Shown piece after piece: positions 36,369 to 47,640 of a stretch of 64,000 bases of DNA. The stretch spans positions 341,310,001-341,374,000 of the forward strand of contig OZ024742.1 of assembly GCA_964016885.1 (NCBI GenBank). Direction: 5' to 3'. A program made the position numbers and the translations under genes. This DNA comes from Eledone cirrhosa. Its lineage: Eukaryota. The first letter of the stretch is position 1. Each line of letters begins with the position of its first letter. The notes under the pieces are model-generated. The model was not told the DNA's origin. It saw only the letters and a list, made by a program, of their open reading frames with translations, and did not search any database.

Positions 36369-39300
36369 CTACAGGATGGTATACAGAGAAGGCCCATTTA
36401 CACGAGCCATTCTCGCCACTATCACCCACCTTTCATAAAACTGCCTGTGGCCAAGCACCTCTCTCTCCATTCTTATCCTTCTTCCGAAGTGATATCGGAA
36501 GAAGTAGACCAGACTATGGCCAGAGAGGAAGTTTCCTGACCTCAGACCTTTCAATCGTGTCCACCAAACAACCTCTTTCAACATGGCTATTACGCACAGA
36601 AAAACCGCCTTTGCTTCCTTTGTGAAGAGGGGAGGCGGTTTGATTGTCATCACGGACTCGGCGGTCAATTTAATCGGCGCCACCCGCGACAGCAGTTGTC
36701 CGGCGTAGCCCCACAGATCAGCCACGCCCGGACATTGCACCAATGCGTGCGCCACGGTTTCTTCGTGACGCACGCATCTAGGGCAAATCTTTTTTGAGGG
36801 ATCCCTGCCCGGGCGCCCGTGTCTGTAGAGCCTCTCTCGAACGGGTAGAGCCCCTCGGTAGCACTGCCAGGCCAGTGACTTCTGGAAGTTGTCCATTGGT
36901 CCTGGGCCGAAAGTCCTACCGAACAGGCTGGCCAGTTCGTCTTCTTCCATGTCCAGCGACTCTCCAAGGGTGTCATCGCCCCTGCTAGCCACCAGCCCTC
37001 TATAGAATGATGAGGTGGATTCTCCACCGATGGCCCGGCCCGCTTGCCAGAGAGCCCTGAGCGCCTGAGCACACTCAGTGTGCCAGTCTCCCAGTTTTCG
37101 GGATCTTTGCTTGACCCAGGACTGCAGCTCGGTGAGCGAGACGAGTCTCGGAAAGGCTCATTTCACGAACGGAGCCCACACCGGTTGACCAGTGAGGAAT
37201 ACCTGTAGGTGCCGTAGCCTTAATGCGTGCCTACGCATCATCAACCACGGCATCCCCAGCTCTCGTTTCGAAGGTTGTTGGCAGCAGATGGATCTTCTCA
37301 CCATAGGAGGGCGCTTCTTCCAAAGAAATTGGAAGAGCATGCGTTCCATGGTGGTGAGTGTTTCCTTAGGGCAAGGCACGACAGTCAGGCGGTAGTAAGT
37401 GACGGACGCTATGTAAATGTTCGCCACCACCGCCCGGCCTTTTAGGGACAGCTTACACTTGGCCCATTTCTGGGTTAGTGCAAACACCTTGTTCGTAACC
37501 TCGTTCCAGTTCTTTTCCACCTGGAGGTCCGGTCCAAACCAGACCCCAAGCAACTTTACCGGGCCCTCCGTCCAGTGTCCGACGACACCGTCGGGAGGCA
37601 TCGGTCTGCCTCTCCACGTTCCGAGTTGCAGCCCGATGGATTTTTCCCGGTTCAGTTTCGCTCCTGACAACCTTTCGTAATCCTCCAGTAAGGTACCGAT
37701 CGCCTCGATCTCCGAGTCGGTCGATACCATTACTGTTACGTCATCGGCGTAGGCCGACACCGCTTTGCTCAATCCTGGTTCCAGGGGGATACCCTGCAAC
37801 AACTCCAGCTTCCTCAGTAAAGGCTCGAGAGTCAATACGTACAGAAGGGAGGAGAGAGGGCACCCCTGTCGAATGGATCGTGTGATTTCGAACGGCTTCG
37901 AAAGGTAGCCGTTCACCTTGATCCTAGAACAGATGTGGTTGCTATGTAAGGCAGTGATCCAGCCTCTGAAAACAGGACCGAACCCAGCCGCCGCTAGCAC
38001 CGCATCCAGGTAACCATGGTCGACCCTATCGAAGGCCTTAGACTGATCCAAGTTGATCAGGGCCCCACCGAAGCCAGGTTTGTTGCCAACCCTCTCTATG
38101 ATGTATCGCATGAAGTGGAGGTTATCGTGAATGGACCTGGATGGGATAGCACATGTCTGCGCATCTCCCACCAGGCCACCCACGACAAGCGCCAACCTCT
38201 TTGCTAACACCTTGGCCAAAATCTTTAACTCTGTGTTTAGCAGGGTTATGGGCCGAAAATTATTTATACTATCCCCCTTGTTCTCGTCCTTCCTCACCAG
38301 CGTGACTACGCCCTTGGCTACAGAACAAGGAATTCTCCCGTTCTGCTGCCAATTGCAGTAGACCGCTTCGAGGAGTTCGGAGAAGAAGACCGGCATTGCT
38401 AAATAAAGTTCGTAAGGTATACCATCGAGACCTGGAGATTTGCGTCTGCTGCATTGGCTCAGCGCATCTCCGATCTCATCAGCCGAGATTGGTCCCTCGC
38501 AGGACTCTGCCTCTTCGTTCGAGAGATGCGGCAGGCCGTCGAGGTATGGACCGAAATCCACGCCACGGCCCGGACCCTCGCCTCCCCCGAACAATCGGGC
38601 AAAGTGCTTTTGAAAGGCCTCGCACATCTGCTTAGGCTCCCGGATCACTCGTCCATCTTCGTCTTGCAACGACCGGATGGTGGATCGATTTCCACTCTTA
38701 GCTTCTGTCACGCGGGCCCATCCAACGGCTTTGGCCCCCTCATTACCTAGAGCACGTATTTTACTTCGAATGACGCAGCCTTCGTGCTTTGCATCGAAAA
38801 ACTGGTTCAAGGCCGTCCTCGATGCCAGCACTCTGGCCACATCTTCGCTCTTGATTGCCTCTTCTAATTTACCTGTTAATTCTTTCTCGTTTCTATTCCT
38901 ATCGGCAGCTAACATCTTGCTATAACTTATTGATTCTGTTCTAATCTCTCTTTTGAGAGATGCCCACCATCGGTTGTTGACGATTGCACCCGTCAACCTC
39001 TCCTTAGCTAATCTGCTAATCCGGTTTCTGTAAGTCTCTTTTGCCGGTAAAGACAAATTAAGTTTCCAGTAACCGGGACCCTGTTTATGTGTTTTCTCGA
39101 GATTGACTACGCAGGTCACTAATTTGTGATCCGTGTAGCCAACCGTGCGCATTTCTGGACAGCTTAATATGTCCCTATCCTTACTTCTAACTAAGAATCT
39201 ATCTAAGTACGATCTAGATTGACCACTGTGGTTTCTCCAAGTCCAGGTAGGCACAGTTGGAAAATCTAGTCGATATCTATCGACCAAGTTAAAACGGTCG

Positions 39301-39806
39301 AGTAACCCCTTGAGGCTGTTACACCCCCCTCTATTAGGACATGCTCCTGCATAGTCCCAACGTGCATCTAGGATGTCATTCCAATCGCCCGATAGAAGCA
39401 GGGAACGCGACGTTCCCAGAAAAGTCTCCAAACGCTGGAAGAAGTCGGGCCGTTCAGCTCCGAAAGGGGAGTAGACGGCGACCAGTCTCAAGGCCGCACC
39501 TTCACTACTGCCAACGTCTAGCACCAACAAACGACCCTCCGGGTCCGAGTGCACAGCATGTACGGCAAGACCCAGGTGTTTTTGCAGCAGTAAGACAACC
39601 CCACCCCCACCTCCAGGTTGACAGAGAGATGCATGCACCTCAAAGTCATCGAAGGTAGGGGCCAGCTGCCGCACGATGCTGATCCGAGTCTCACAGATAA
39701 CCATTACATTTATACCACATGACCTGAGGTCATTTAGAAGCTTTGCTTGCTTCCAAGTTGAGCCCAGGCCACGTGCATTCAAACATCCTACTCTTAACAC
39801 ATCCAT
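36369..39806 (-). pseudogene. LINE ORF2 (APE-RT-Cys), 1145 codons with a single premature TGA at 37158-37160
   Basis: ORFs 37158..39806 and 36369..36992 are in the same frame; copy A has CGA at this codon, consistent with CpG deamination. Confidence 0.92.
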
Positions 39807-39839
39807 GTGGGCGGCAGAGCCAAAGGAGAGTGTAGGGAC

Positions 39840-41732
39840 CTACCTTTCCGCTTCCCGGGGTTCGGGTCGCACGACTTCCATGGGGTCGGGGGTGTTGGGT
39901 GAAGGGGTGTCTTGTGGTGATGTGGGGTCGTCAGTGTGTGGTGGGGTTGGGGTGTTTGGAGTTGTGTTGGGGAGGGGAAGGGGAGGGGGAAAGCTATTTA
40001 GTAGGACGCGGTTTATGGGTTTGACAGAGGGTGGTCCTACGTCCTCCTTAAAATCCTTTTTTAGTTTTTGGTAGAGGTTCATTGGGATCTTTATTAATTT
40101 TAAATGTGGGTAGTTTTCTGAAGAAACAAAGTTTACACCTTCGGTTTGTACCGAAGGATTATTGTATATGAGTTCATTTAATTCATTATTGTTTCTGTTG
40201 ATGTAAGTATAGTGTAATGTCTTTTTTTCGGATGGTGTGAGTGTTTCGAAGAGGGGAGGGGCAGGTTTGGTTTTGTTTGTTGCTGGAGGGGTGTTTTCTG
40301 TTTTGTTGGATTGTGTTGACATTTGGGTGGGGGTTGTTTGGCCTTGTGTGTTTTGCACATGTTTTCTTTTTTTCCTTTTAATCTGTCTGAAGGACTCCGT
40401 TTCTTCCTCCGAATTCGTTGGGTTATCTTCAGTGTTGGAGGGAAGAGGTATGTTTGCTGGTAATGTTTCCGTGTTGGTTTTCTTTGTGGGGGAGATGGAT
40501 GTCACTATGTTAGACTGTGTTGTGTGTTGTGTCTGCGGTGGTTGTGTTGTTTTATTGAGTGAGGGGTTGGGTGGGCCTGTATTTTGTTTTGAGGTAATGT
40601 GTTGTGGTGGTGGTGTAGTTTTACTGAGGGACGGGTTGGGTGGGACTGAGTTTTGTTGTTTGTTTATCTGTTGTAGTGGTGGTGGTGGAGCTGGTGTTGG
40701 TAGCAGGGTTTTCTTTTTGTTGAGTTGGGGACAAGCGGCCTTCAGGTGCCCTCTGCCTGCACATATATGACAGGACGGCCTTCTCCCCTCCACGCTAATG
40801 TTTATATACCCGTGGCCCTCTAATAGGATTCTGTCGGGTATTTGGGCGATGCGTTCAGGCTTCATTTGCACTACCAGCTCTATACCTGTTCCACTGAACG
40901 CATTGCCTGTGGTTTTCCCAATGGAAATCACGTTGTCATTCACTGGATCGATGAAGCCAGCTATGAGCCAGCAGTAGTCCACATCTGGCATCATTGCATC
41001 CAGCCATATACGTTGAGTTCTTTTACCCATATAAGATGGATAAAAGGTAAAATGTTTCGAACGAATCGGTGACAAAGCACATTTTTTTGCCGCCGATTCG
41101 TTCTTCATAATAATTGCTAGGCTTCCATACAGTCTGTCTTTTCTTATGAAAGTGGTTTCATTAAGTACTTCTGTGAGTACTGTTTTGATATCTGCTTGAG
41201 TTGGCTGTTCAGGTTTTTTTGAAGTGTTGTTGGTGGTTCGGAACACGACCGTTCGACTTTCAATGTCTTTGGTGAGTTCTTGAGGCATTTTTACCGATAA
41301 AATACCATTCTCTCCTTCACTTATGTATTGTTTGGCATCTGTGATTCTTCGTGCCACATCTGAAATATTTTCAGGTATATATGTCGAAGATTTCTTTGTT
41401 GTTTGTGCAAATGAAATCTTGTTGACTTTGTCGTCTGCTTTGCTTTCTGTTATGATGTTGTTTTCAAATGTTTTTTTTTGTGTTTGTTGTGTCTTTGTTT
41501 GTGGTATTAATATTGTCATGCAATTTTTCAAATTTTTTTTTTTTTCGTTGTTGGAATCCATGTCCAGATTTGTGTTTTCGTCATTTTTCTCCGCAGATTC
41601 GTCTGTTTTTATTTTATTTTTTCCTTCCTTCTCTATGACGTTAGTTGGGAAGGAAGGGGGGACTAAAGCGTGCGAGCTTACAACTCTTACCGCTGTCCCG
41701 CCACCACTATTTTCGTTCGCTTCGTTTAACAT
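39840..41732 (-). CDS. LINE ORF1, 630 aa, CCHC zinc knuckle
   Basis: CHICAGRGHLKAAC; homologous to ORF1 of copies A, C and D. Confidence 0.9.
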   Translation of the reverse strand: MLNEANENSGGGTAVRVVSSHALVPPSFPTNVIEKEGKNKIKTDESAEKNDENTNLDMDSNNEKKKNLKNCMTILIPQTKTQQTQKKTFENNIITESKADDKVNKISFAQTTKKSSTYIPENISDVARRITDAKQYISEGENGILSVKMPQELTKDIESRTVVFRTTNNTSKKPEQPTQADIKTVLTEVLNETTFIRKDRLYGSLAIIMKNESAAKKCALSPIRSKHFTFYPSYMGKRTQRIWLDAMMPDVDYCWLIAGFIDPVNDNVISIGKTTGNAFSGTGIELVVQMKPERIAQIPDRILLEGHGYINISVEGRRPSCHICAGRGHLKAACPQLNKKKTLLPTPAPPPPLQQINKQQNSVPPNPSLSKTTPPPQHITSKQNTGPPNPSLNKTTQPPQTQHTTQSNIVTSISPTKKTNTETLPANIPLPSNTEDNPTNSEEETESFRQIKRKKRKHVQNTQGQTTPTQMSTQSNKTENTPPATNKTKPAPPLFETLTPSEKKTLHYTYINRNNNELNELIYNNPSVQTEGVNFVSSENYPHLKLIKIPMNLYQKLKKDFKEDVGPPSVKPINRVLLNSFPPPLPLPNTTPNTPTPPHTDDPTSPQDTPSPNTPDPMEVVRPEPREAER

Positions 41733-41966
41733 TTCTGTCAGACGATTGAAATTTGTTTTGCCACAAAATGTTTAAAAACAGGTTTTTCACCTCTAGGAGG
41801 GGTAAAGATGAGCTGACCCACCGTCTGACAGTTCAGACGGGGAGTCAAGCTACACAATAGTATCAAAATTAAATTTGAACTCACAAAATTTCCGCAATAA
41901 ATTTGAACAAAACTTCTGCGCGAAGTGAATTACATCTACACTGTAGAACAGACGACAGCTAGATTA

Positions 41967-42020
<54 letters not shown>

Positions 42021-42021
<1 letters not shown>

Positions 42022-42420
42022 CGTTTCTTTATTTGCCACAAGGGCGCACATGTAATGGGACATTACAAGACATGACGGCGGAGGTTTAACATAAATTGTG
42101 TCAATTTTAACATTAATAAATTAAAACAGACAATATATTAAAATAAAATAACAATCGAAATCCCCAATAGAGGTAACATTACTGCGGGGTTGTCTTACAC
42201 CCAGTAGAAAGAACAACCTTCAACACCAGGAGCACGTTATGTAGGTGTTCCCGTCTTCCCTCTTTTGTCTTCCTCAACCTGCAGGTTTATATACAGAGAC
42301 GACCCATTCACTCGGGCCATTTTCGCCAGATTCATCCACCTTTCAGAGAATTTACTAGGGTGCAACACCTCTCTTTCCACTCTCACCTTCCTTCTGAAGT
42401 GGTATTTAAAGAAGGGGATG
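42021..42420 (-). mobile_element. Tx1 LINE 3'-end fragment (copy F)
   Basis: Homologous to the ORF2 end and 3' UTR; GATA repeats on both sides. Confidence 0.85.
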
Positions 42421-42907
42421 AATAGATAGATAGATGAAGACTGAGAGAAAAGAGCACTCAGTACCTTAGTAGAGTTTTAATATTCATTTTATTAAAGTTA
42501 TATAGTGAGTCTTGTTACTCTGGAGTTACGCCTATTTATAAACACCGGAAACTCCAGAGTAACAAGACTCACTATTTTAGATAGCGATGGTTTATTCTGT
42601 TACACCTCATTAACCATCATGGTGCTACTGTGCTACTGCTGCTTATGGTGGTAACCTCAATGTTTATTAGGAATCTCAGGAGTTATGTATTTTCACCTCT
42701 ATAGACTGAATCAAAAGTAAAAGAGGTCAAAGGTCCTTATTTCTTGATGAAGTCGTTTTTTGGTGCCGTCATGACCCACAGTGTGTCATGTGGCTGAACC
42801 TGAACCACAGCTGATTTCCTCCAGTGAAACACTGATAAAAAGATATAGAAGAACCGACCCCGTTACTAGACTTTTATTTATGTATCGATTTGGAAAGAAT
42901 GAAAGAA

Positions 42908-43215
42908 AATGTCGATCCCACTTCTAGACTTGTATTTAGGGCACTGTGGGGCGGAACAAGAAGTTGACTTCACTATGGGAATTGTTCTTAGGGCACTGTG
43001 GGATGGAACAAGTAGTCGATCCCACTTCTAGTCTTGTACTTAGGGCACGGGGGGGGGGGACAAATAGTCGACGCCACTTCTTAACTTGGCCTTAAGACAC
43101 AGGGTAGGGGAACAAATATTCGACCCCACTATAAGACTTATACTTAAGGCACTGCAGGAGGCGCGACAAGTAGTCGACCCCATTTCTAGTCTTGTACTTA
43201 AGCACTGTGGAGTGG
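42908..43215. repeat. ~52-bp minisatellite, about 6 degenerate units
   Basis: GTCGA.CCCACTTCTAG.CTTGTACTTAGGGCACTGTGG...GGAACAAG recurs at ~42911, 42962, 43015, 43067, 43118 and 43173. Confidence 0.8.
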
Positions 43216-43319
43216 ATCAAATTCCGATGCACTTTTAATCCAATATGCTAACGTCTCTGCCATCTTTAAACAACACTATAATATTTGATTCCGGGGAATG
43301 AACTCTATAGATAATGAAC

Positions 43320-43690
43320 ACAGCCACAAGGATATGGTCCGAACGTGGAAGAGCCGAACTCCCACTGTCATCAACTCCATCTCTCTCACCCTCCCCATCT
43401 CTCTGTATGGTGAGCAAATGGAGTCCCACGTGCTGGCCTCCCCACAACCCGGATAACATTGAATGAAGAATGAAGAAGGCGTTTCCCCGGAGGATGGTGA
43501 GATGCGCTGGAAGAGCCATTCCATCTCGCGAGGCTCACACCTGCAACAAGCCAGCTCAGCACCTACGGTGGTGAGTATGGAGGTAGCCCTAGGGCCAAGT
43601 ACACCAGAAATCTCCACTGCCAAGGGCACGACCGCAAACCTGTGGGAGAGCGACCGGTACTTGGAGAGTTTGGCCTCTTCAGCCACACTA
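43320..43690 (-). mobile_element. 3' fragment of a CRE-like (restriction-like endonuclease) non-LTR element
   Basis: AEEAKLSKY..L...VPLAVEISGVLG..WLFQRIS plus LRGNA in the adjacent frame match the RLE C-terminal pattern; second copy at 53940-54190 (+). Confidence 0.7.
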
Positions 43691-43974
43691 TAATTGTCAT
43701 TAATTAGAACATGGTGGCATTTTAAACTGAAGAGAAGATATCCTCAAACCAGCGGCTTAGACTGAGTGTTTGCTAGAAGACGTCATGCCATGCAATAGGG
43801 CCAGAACACTTGACTGAATCGTAGGGTCACCATTGTAATATACGACATGGCGTGTCTTGGGTATTGTCACCAGCTGGAGTCTGTCCCTGTTCAGGTCTGA
43901 AAACACTCTATATCTTCCACCGAGGAGAAAGAGAAAAAGAAAAGATGAGAGAGAGGGGGAGAGACGTGGAGGTA

Positions 43975-44111
43975 GGAGGAGGAGGAGGAGGAGGAGGGGC
44001 AGGAGGAGGAGGAGGAGGAGGAGGAGGAGGAGGAGGAGGAGGAGAAGAAGAAGAAGAAGAAGAAGAAGAAGAAGAAGAAGAAGAAGAAGAAGAAGAAGAA
44101 GAAGAAGAAGA
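43975..44111. repeat. Compound (GGA)n(GAA)n purine tract
   Basis: Directly visible. Confidence 0.97.
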
Positions 44112-44626
44112 GGTGAATCCATCTTTATATATGTCTGAAGTGTGTGTGTGTGTGTGTGTGTGTATTTGTGTGCGAAAATGGGTGTGTTGGAATTCCGTCG
44201 GTTCCGGTTGAGTGAACTGAAGCAAGATGGAATGAAGTGTCTGGCTCAAGGACAAATCAAGCCATAAATATATTCTCGACCATACATCGGTGAGCTAAAA
44301 TCCCATACCACTGAAAAATAGAGAGGTGACCCTGTAATACAAAGGACCAGCAGAGTGACTTATCTGGAGGATGCACGGCGACTTGCTTGGTCATTTCACG
44401 AAAAAGTAGGTTCGTTCATAAAACAATTGGAATAGGCTGACTATGAAGAAGTGACGCTAGAGCTGTAAAATATTGCATGCATTAATTTCCACTCTTCTTA
44501 TTAATAGCTGCATTGTTCTTTCCAGAGCATATGTTGAAAAATAAGTCTCATTTGATTATTCCATGAGAGTATGGAGAGATTCTTGGTCAGCCTATTAACT
44601 TTTCAGTCGACTCTCGTACATACATA

Positions 44627-45232
44627 CATGGTGGCTGCCAACTCGTTATCGAGTACGGCCACTACTTTATATCCATGTAGGAGAACCCCTACTGATGCGC
44701 TAAACGAGTGTGACTTTTTAGTCCAGCCAGCGACTTGAAAACTCTGGTACAAACACTACACTTGTGACAATTATTGACACATAGTGCTAGGCCCATGGTA
44801 CCATGTGACAAGTGCAAAGAGATCTCCAGATATAAAGCAATGCCTGTGCCGTGAAGCTTTTATAGTGAGCAAAGGCACTGCACAAAGCCAGTCCCACTCT
44901 CTTAACCAAGATGATATTTACCAAAAAGAAGAACAAGTCAACATCATTGGATACCATCAGAGTTGCAGGTGTTATATCAGAGTTTTCCTTCTAGAATTCT
45001 GCCTTGACAAAGGCTAAGGGGTCATCTCTCCCGGTGATTTTGGATGGCCATTGACTCTTAAGAGCTCCTTTGCGCTTTCACAGGTTTTGTTTTTAGTCCT
45101 GTATGTCAGGTCACCAGCTTGTGCTACTGGTAACATGTATCCCAGTACAACCTGTCTCATGGTCGGGTCGTTGGCGACTAAACTGGCAACCCACCAAGGT
45201 TTCTTGGTGAGGAGGGTGACTTTGGACATCCT
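44627..45232 (-). mobile_element. RTE-derived short element with inverted 5' segment (45101-45232)
   Basis: Matches the array units; the ~130-bp 5' part is in the opposite orientation; TACA repeats on both flanks. Confidence 0.85.
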
Positions 45233-45459
45233 ATATACATACATACATACATACATACATACATACATACATACATACATACATACATACATACATACAT
45301 ACATACATACATACATGATGGCTGCCCCCTCGTTATCGAGTATGGCCATTGCACGAGGAGAAAAAATAAAATAAATAAAATAAAAAATAAAAATAAATAA
45401 ATAAAATAAAATAAAATAAAATAAATAAATAAAAAATAAAATTAAAATAAAAAAAAGAA

Positions 45460-45496
<37 letters not shown>

Positions 45497-45497
45497 T

Positions 45498-45540
<43 letters not shown>

Positions 45541-45549
45541 TTAATAACA

Positions 45550-45655
45550 ATAATAATAATAATAATTGTTTCTACTTTAGGCACAAGGCCAGCAATTATC
45601 CAGTACATTACTGGTACTTTATTTTATCGACCCCGTAAGGATGAAAGGCAAAGTT
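45550..45655 (-). mobile_element. Truncated SINE (family 1)
   Basis: Core and tail match 29058-29160. Confidence 0.75.
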
Positions 45656-45686
<31 letters not shown>

Positions 45687-45793
45687 CAATAATAATAACG
45701 ACAAAAACAATAATAATATACATATACATATATATATACACACACACGCACACACACAAACACATCTACACACACACACACACACGATAGCAA

Positions 45794-47150
45794 CTAACAG
45801 CGCTGCGATCGAATGTGGCTTTTTAGCCCAGCCAATGATCTAAAATGTCTTGCACAGAGTCGGCAACCAAAACATTCACTGGGAATAGTCGGCTGTGGTT
45901 GGAGTTCGAGTACTTTTGCATGTCGCTTGAGCCCTCCTGCTGATTTACATTTTCTACCACATGTTTGGCAAGCATGATGAGTAGCATCTCCAACAGCAGC
46001 CTGGTAGTCAACCACTGGTCTTACTTTATGACTGCGAAGATGACTTTCGAGTCCAGCTTTGCTTAGGCAGAGTCTCGCACAGACGCTGCATGTCAGCACC
46101 ATAGGAGGACCCTTTTCTAATCCTAAGTGAGATCTCACTGTCAAGGTTGCTGTATCGATTGACAGTGCTTCCCATGTAGACAAACTGATCAACCACTCCA
46201 AGTCGTTTACCATACACATAGATGTTTGGTTCAGTGTACTGCTTACCAGGGGCAGGTTGGTACATGACGACGGTTTTCTTGAGACTGACAGTCAATCCTA
46301 GGGCAGTGCAAGCGTCAGAAAATGCATTCAAAATGTACTGCATATCACTCTCTGTGTGCGCTACAAGATCGCAATCATCTGCATACAAGAGGTCTCTTAT
46401 GATTGATGTAAATACTTTTGTCTTTGCAGCAAAGCGCCTGATGTTAAATATGCTGCCTGAGGTTCGATATCGGATGTAAACACCATGCTCGCAATTCCTG
46501 AATGCAATACAGAAAACCATTGCAAAGTATATGGCAAACAGGGTCGGTGCTGGAACATCCCCCTGTTTCACTCCATTTTTTACTGAGATAGGCTCCGACA
46601 TGTTACCTCCGACATTAACCCAAGCCTTCATGTCGTCATGGAAAGACCTAACTAAAGCAAGGAACTTATCAGGGCAACCAAGTTTCTGGAGAACCTTCCA
46701 TAATGCATCTCTGTTAACAGTATCGAAATCTTTTGTCAGATCGACAAAAACCTGATACAGATCCAAGCCGTGTTCCATGCACTTCTCCTGGAGCTGTCTA
46801 GCTGAGAAGATCATATCAGTAGTGCCGCGTCCAGCACGAAAACCAGATTGACTTTCAGGAAGAACACAATCTGCAATGTGTGTCAGCAGACGGTCCAGAA
46901 GCACCCTACATAAAACTTTCCCTACGACAGAAAGTAATGATATACCTCTGTAGTTCCCACAATCATTCCTGTTACCCTTTCCCTTGTACAAGACCGCCAT
47001 TACTGCATCTCTCCAGTCCTCAGGTACGGATTCATTAGCCCATATCCTGCCAAACAAAGAGTGAAGATGTTGCAGGAGTCTCTCACCACCATATTGTAGG
47101 AGCTCAGCATGTATGCCATCCATACCTGGAGATCTTCCACTGTTCAGCCA
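45794..47150 (-). pseudogene. RTE-clade LINE fragment: RT plus three C-terminal C2H2 zinc fingers, internally deleted
   Basis: SPGMDGIHAE, NYRGISLLS, ESQSGFR, VKQGDV, LYADD; fingers CSVC..HLRSH, CQTC..HAKV, CRLC..HIRSQRC; upstream flank is (ATGT)n. Confidence 0.88.
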
Positions 47151-47640
47151 TACATACATACATACATACATACATACATACATACATACATACATACATA
47201 CATACATACATACATAACTAGTTAGGAAATTACAAGTACAATCCATTAATGGACAGTAAAAATTTGTAAAACATTCCAAAAATGTTGCATCTAATAACTG
47301 CATATACACATGCACAGATGCAAAGCATATACACATGCACACATACAACTCAAAACATCCATACATACAATAACATTTATACCTACACATGCATGCATAC
47401 ATATCTACCTAGTTGGTGTTGTGTAAATTCAAATGAGAGAGTCTTGTGTCTATGTTAGAAACCGACTCTCTCTCTCTATTGGTAAAGATTTGTGAAATTA
47501 TAAAACCAGAAGAACATACATACATAAATACATACATAAATACATACATAAATACATACATACAAACATACATACATACATACATACATACATACATACA
47601 TACATACATACATACATACATACATACATACATACATACA

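Larger units (their letters stand above)
36154..41960 (-). mobile_element. Near full-length Tx1/L1-clade LINE copy E
   Basis: 5' UTR, intact ORF1, ORF2 with one in-frame stop, 3' UTR with AATAAAGAAA; GATA/TCTA tracts on both flanks. Confidence 0.95.

Noticed and set aside
42908-43215. Regularly spaced repeats resembling a CRISPR array
   Set aside because: Whole units are similar, with no unique spacers and no cas genes, in a eukaryotic context; this is a minisatellite.
43757-44255. Poly-L/G/E/R/P ORFs
   Set aside because: Readings of the (GGA)n(GAA)n tract.
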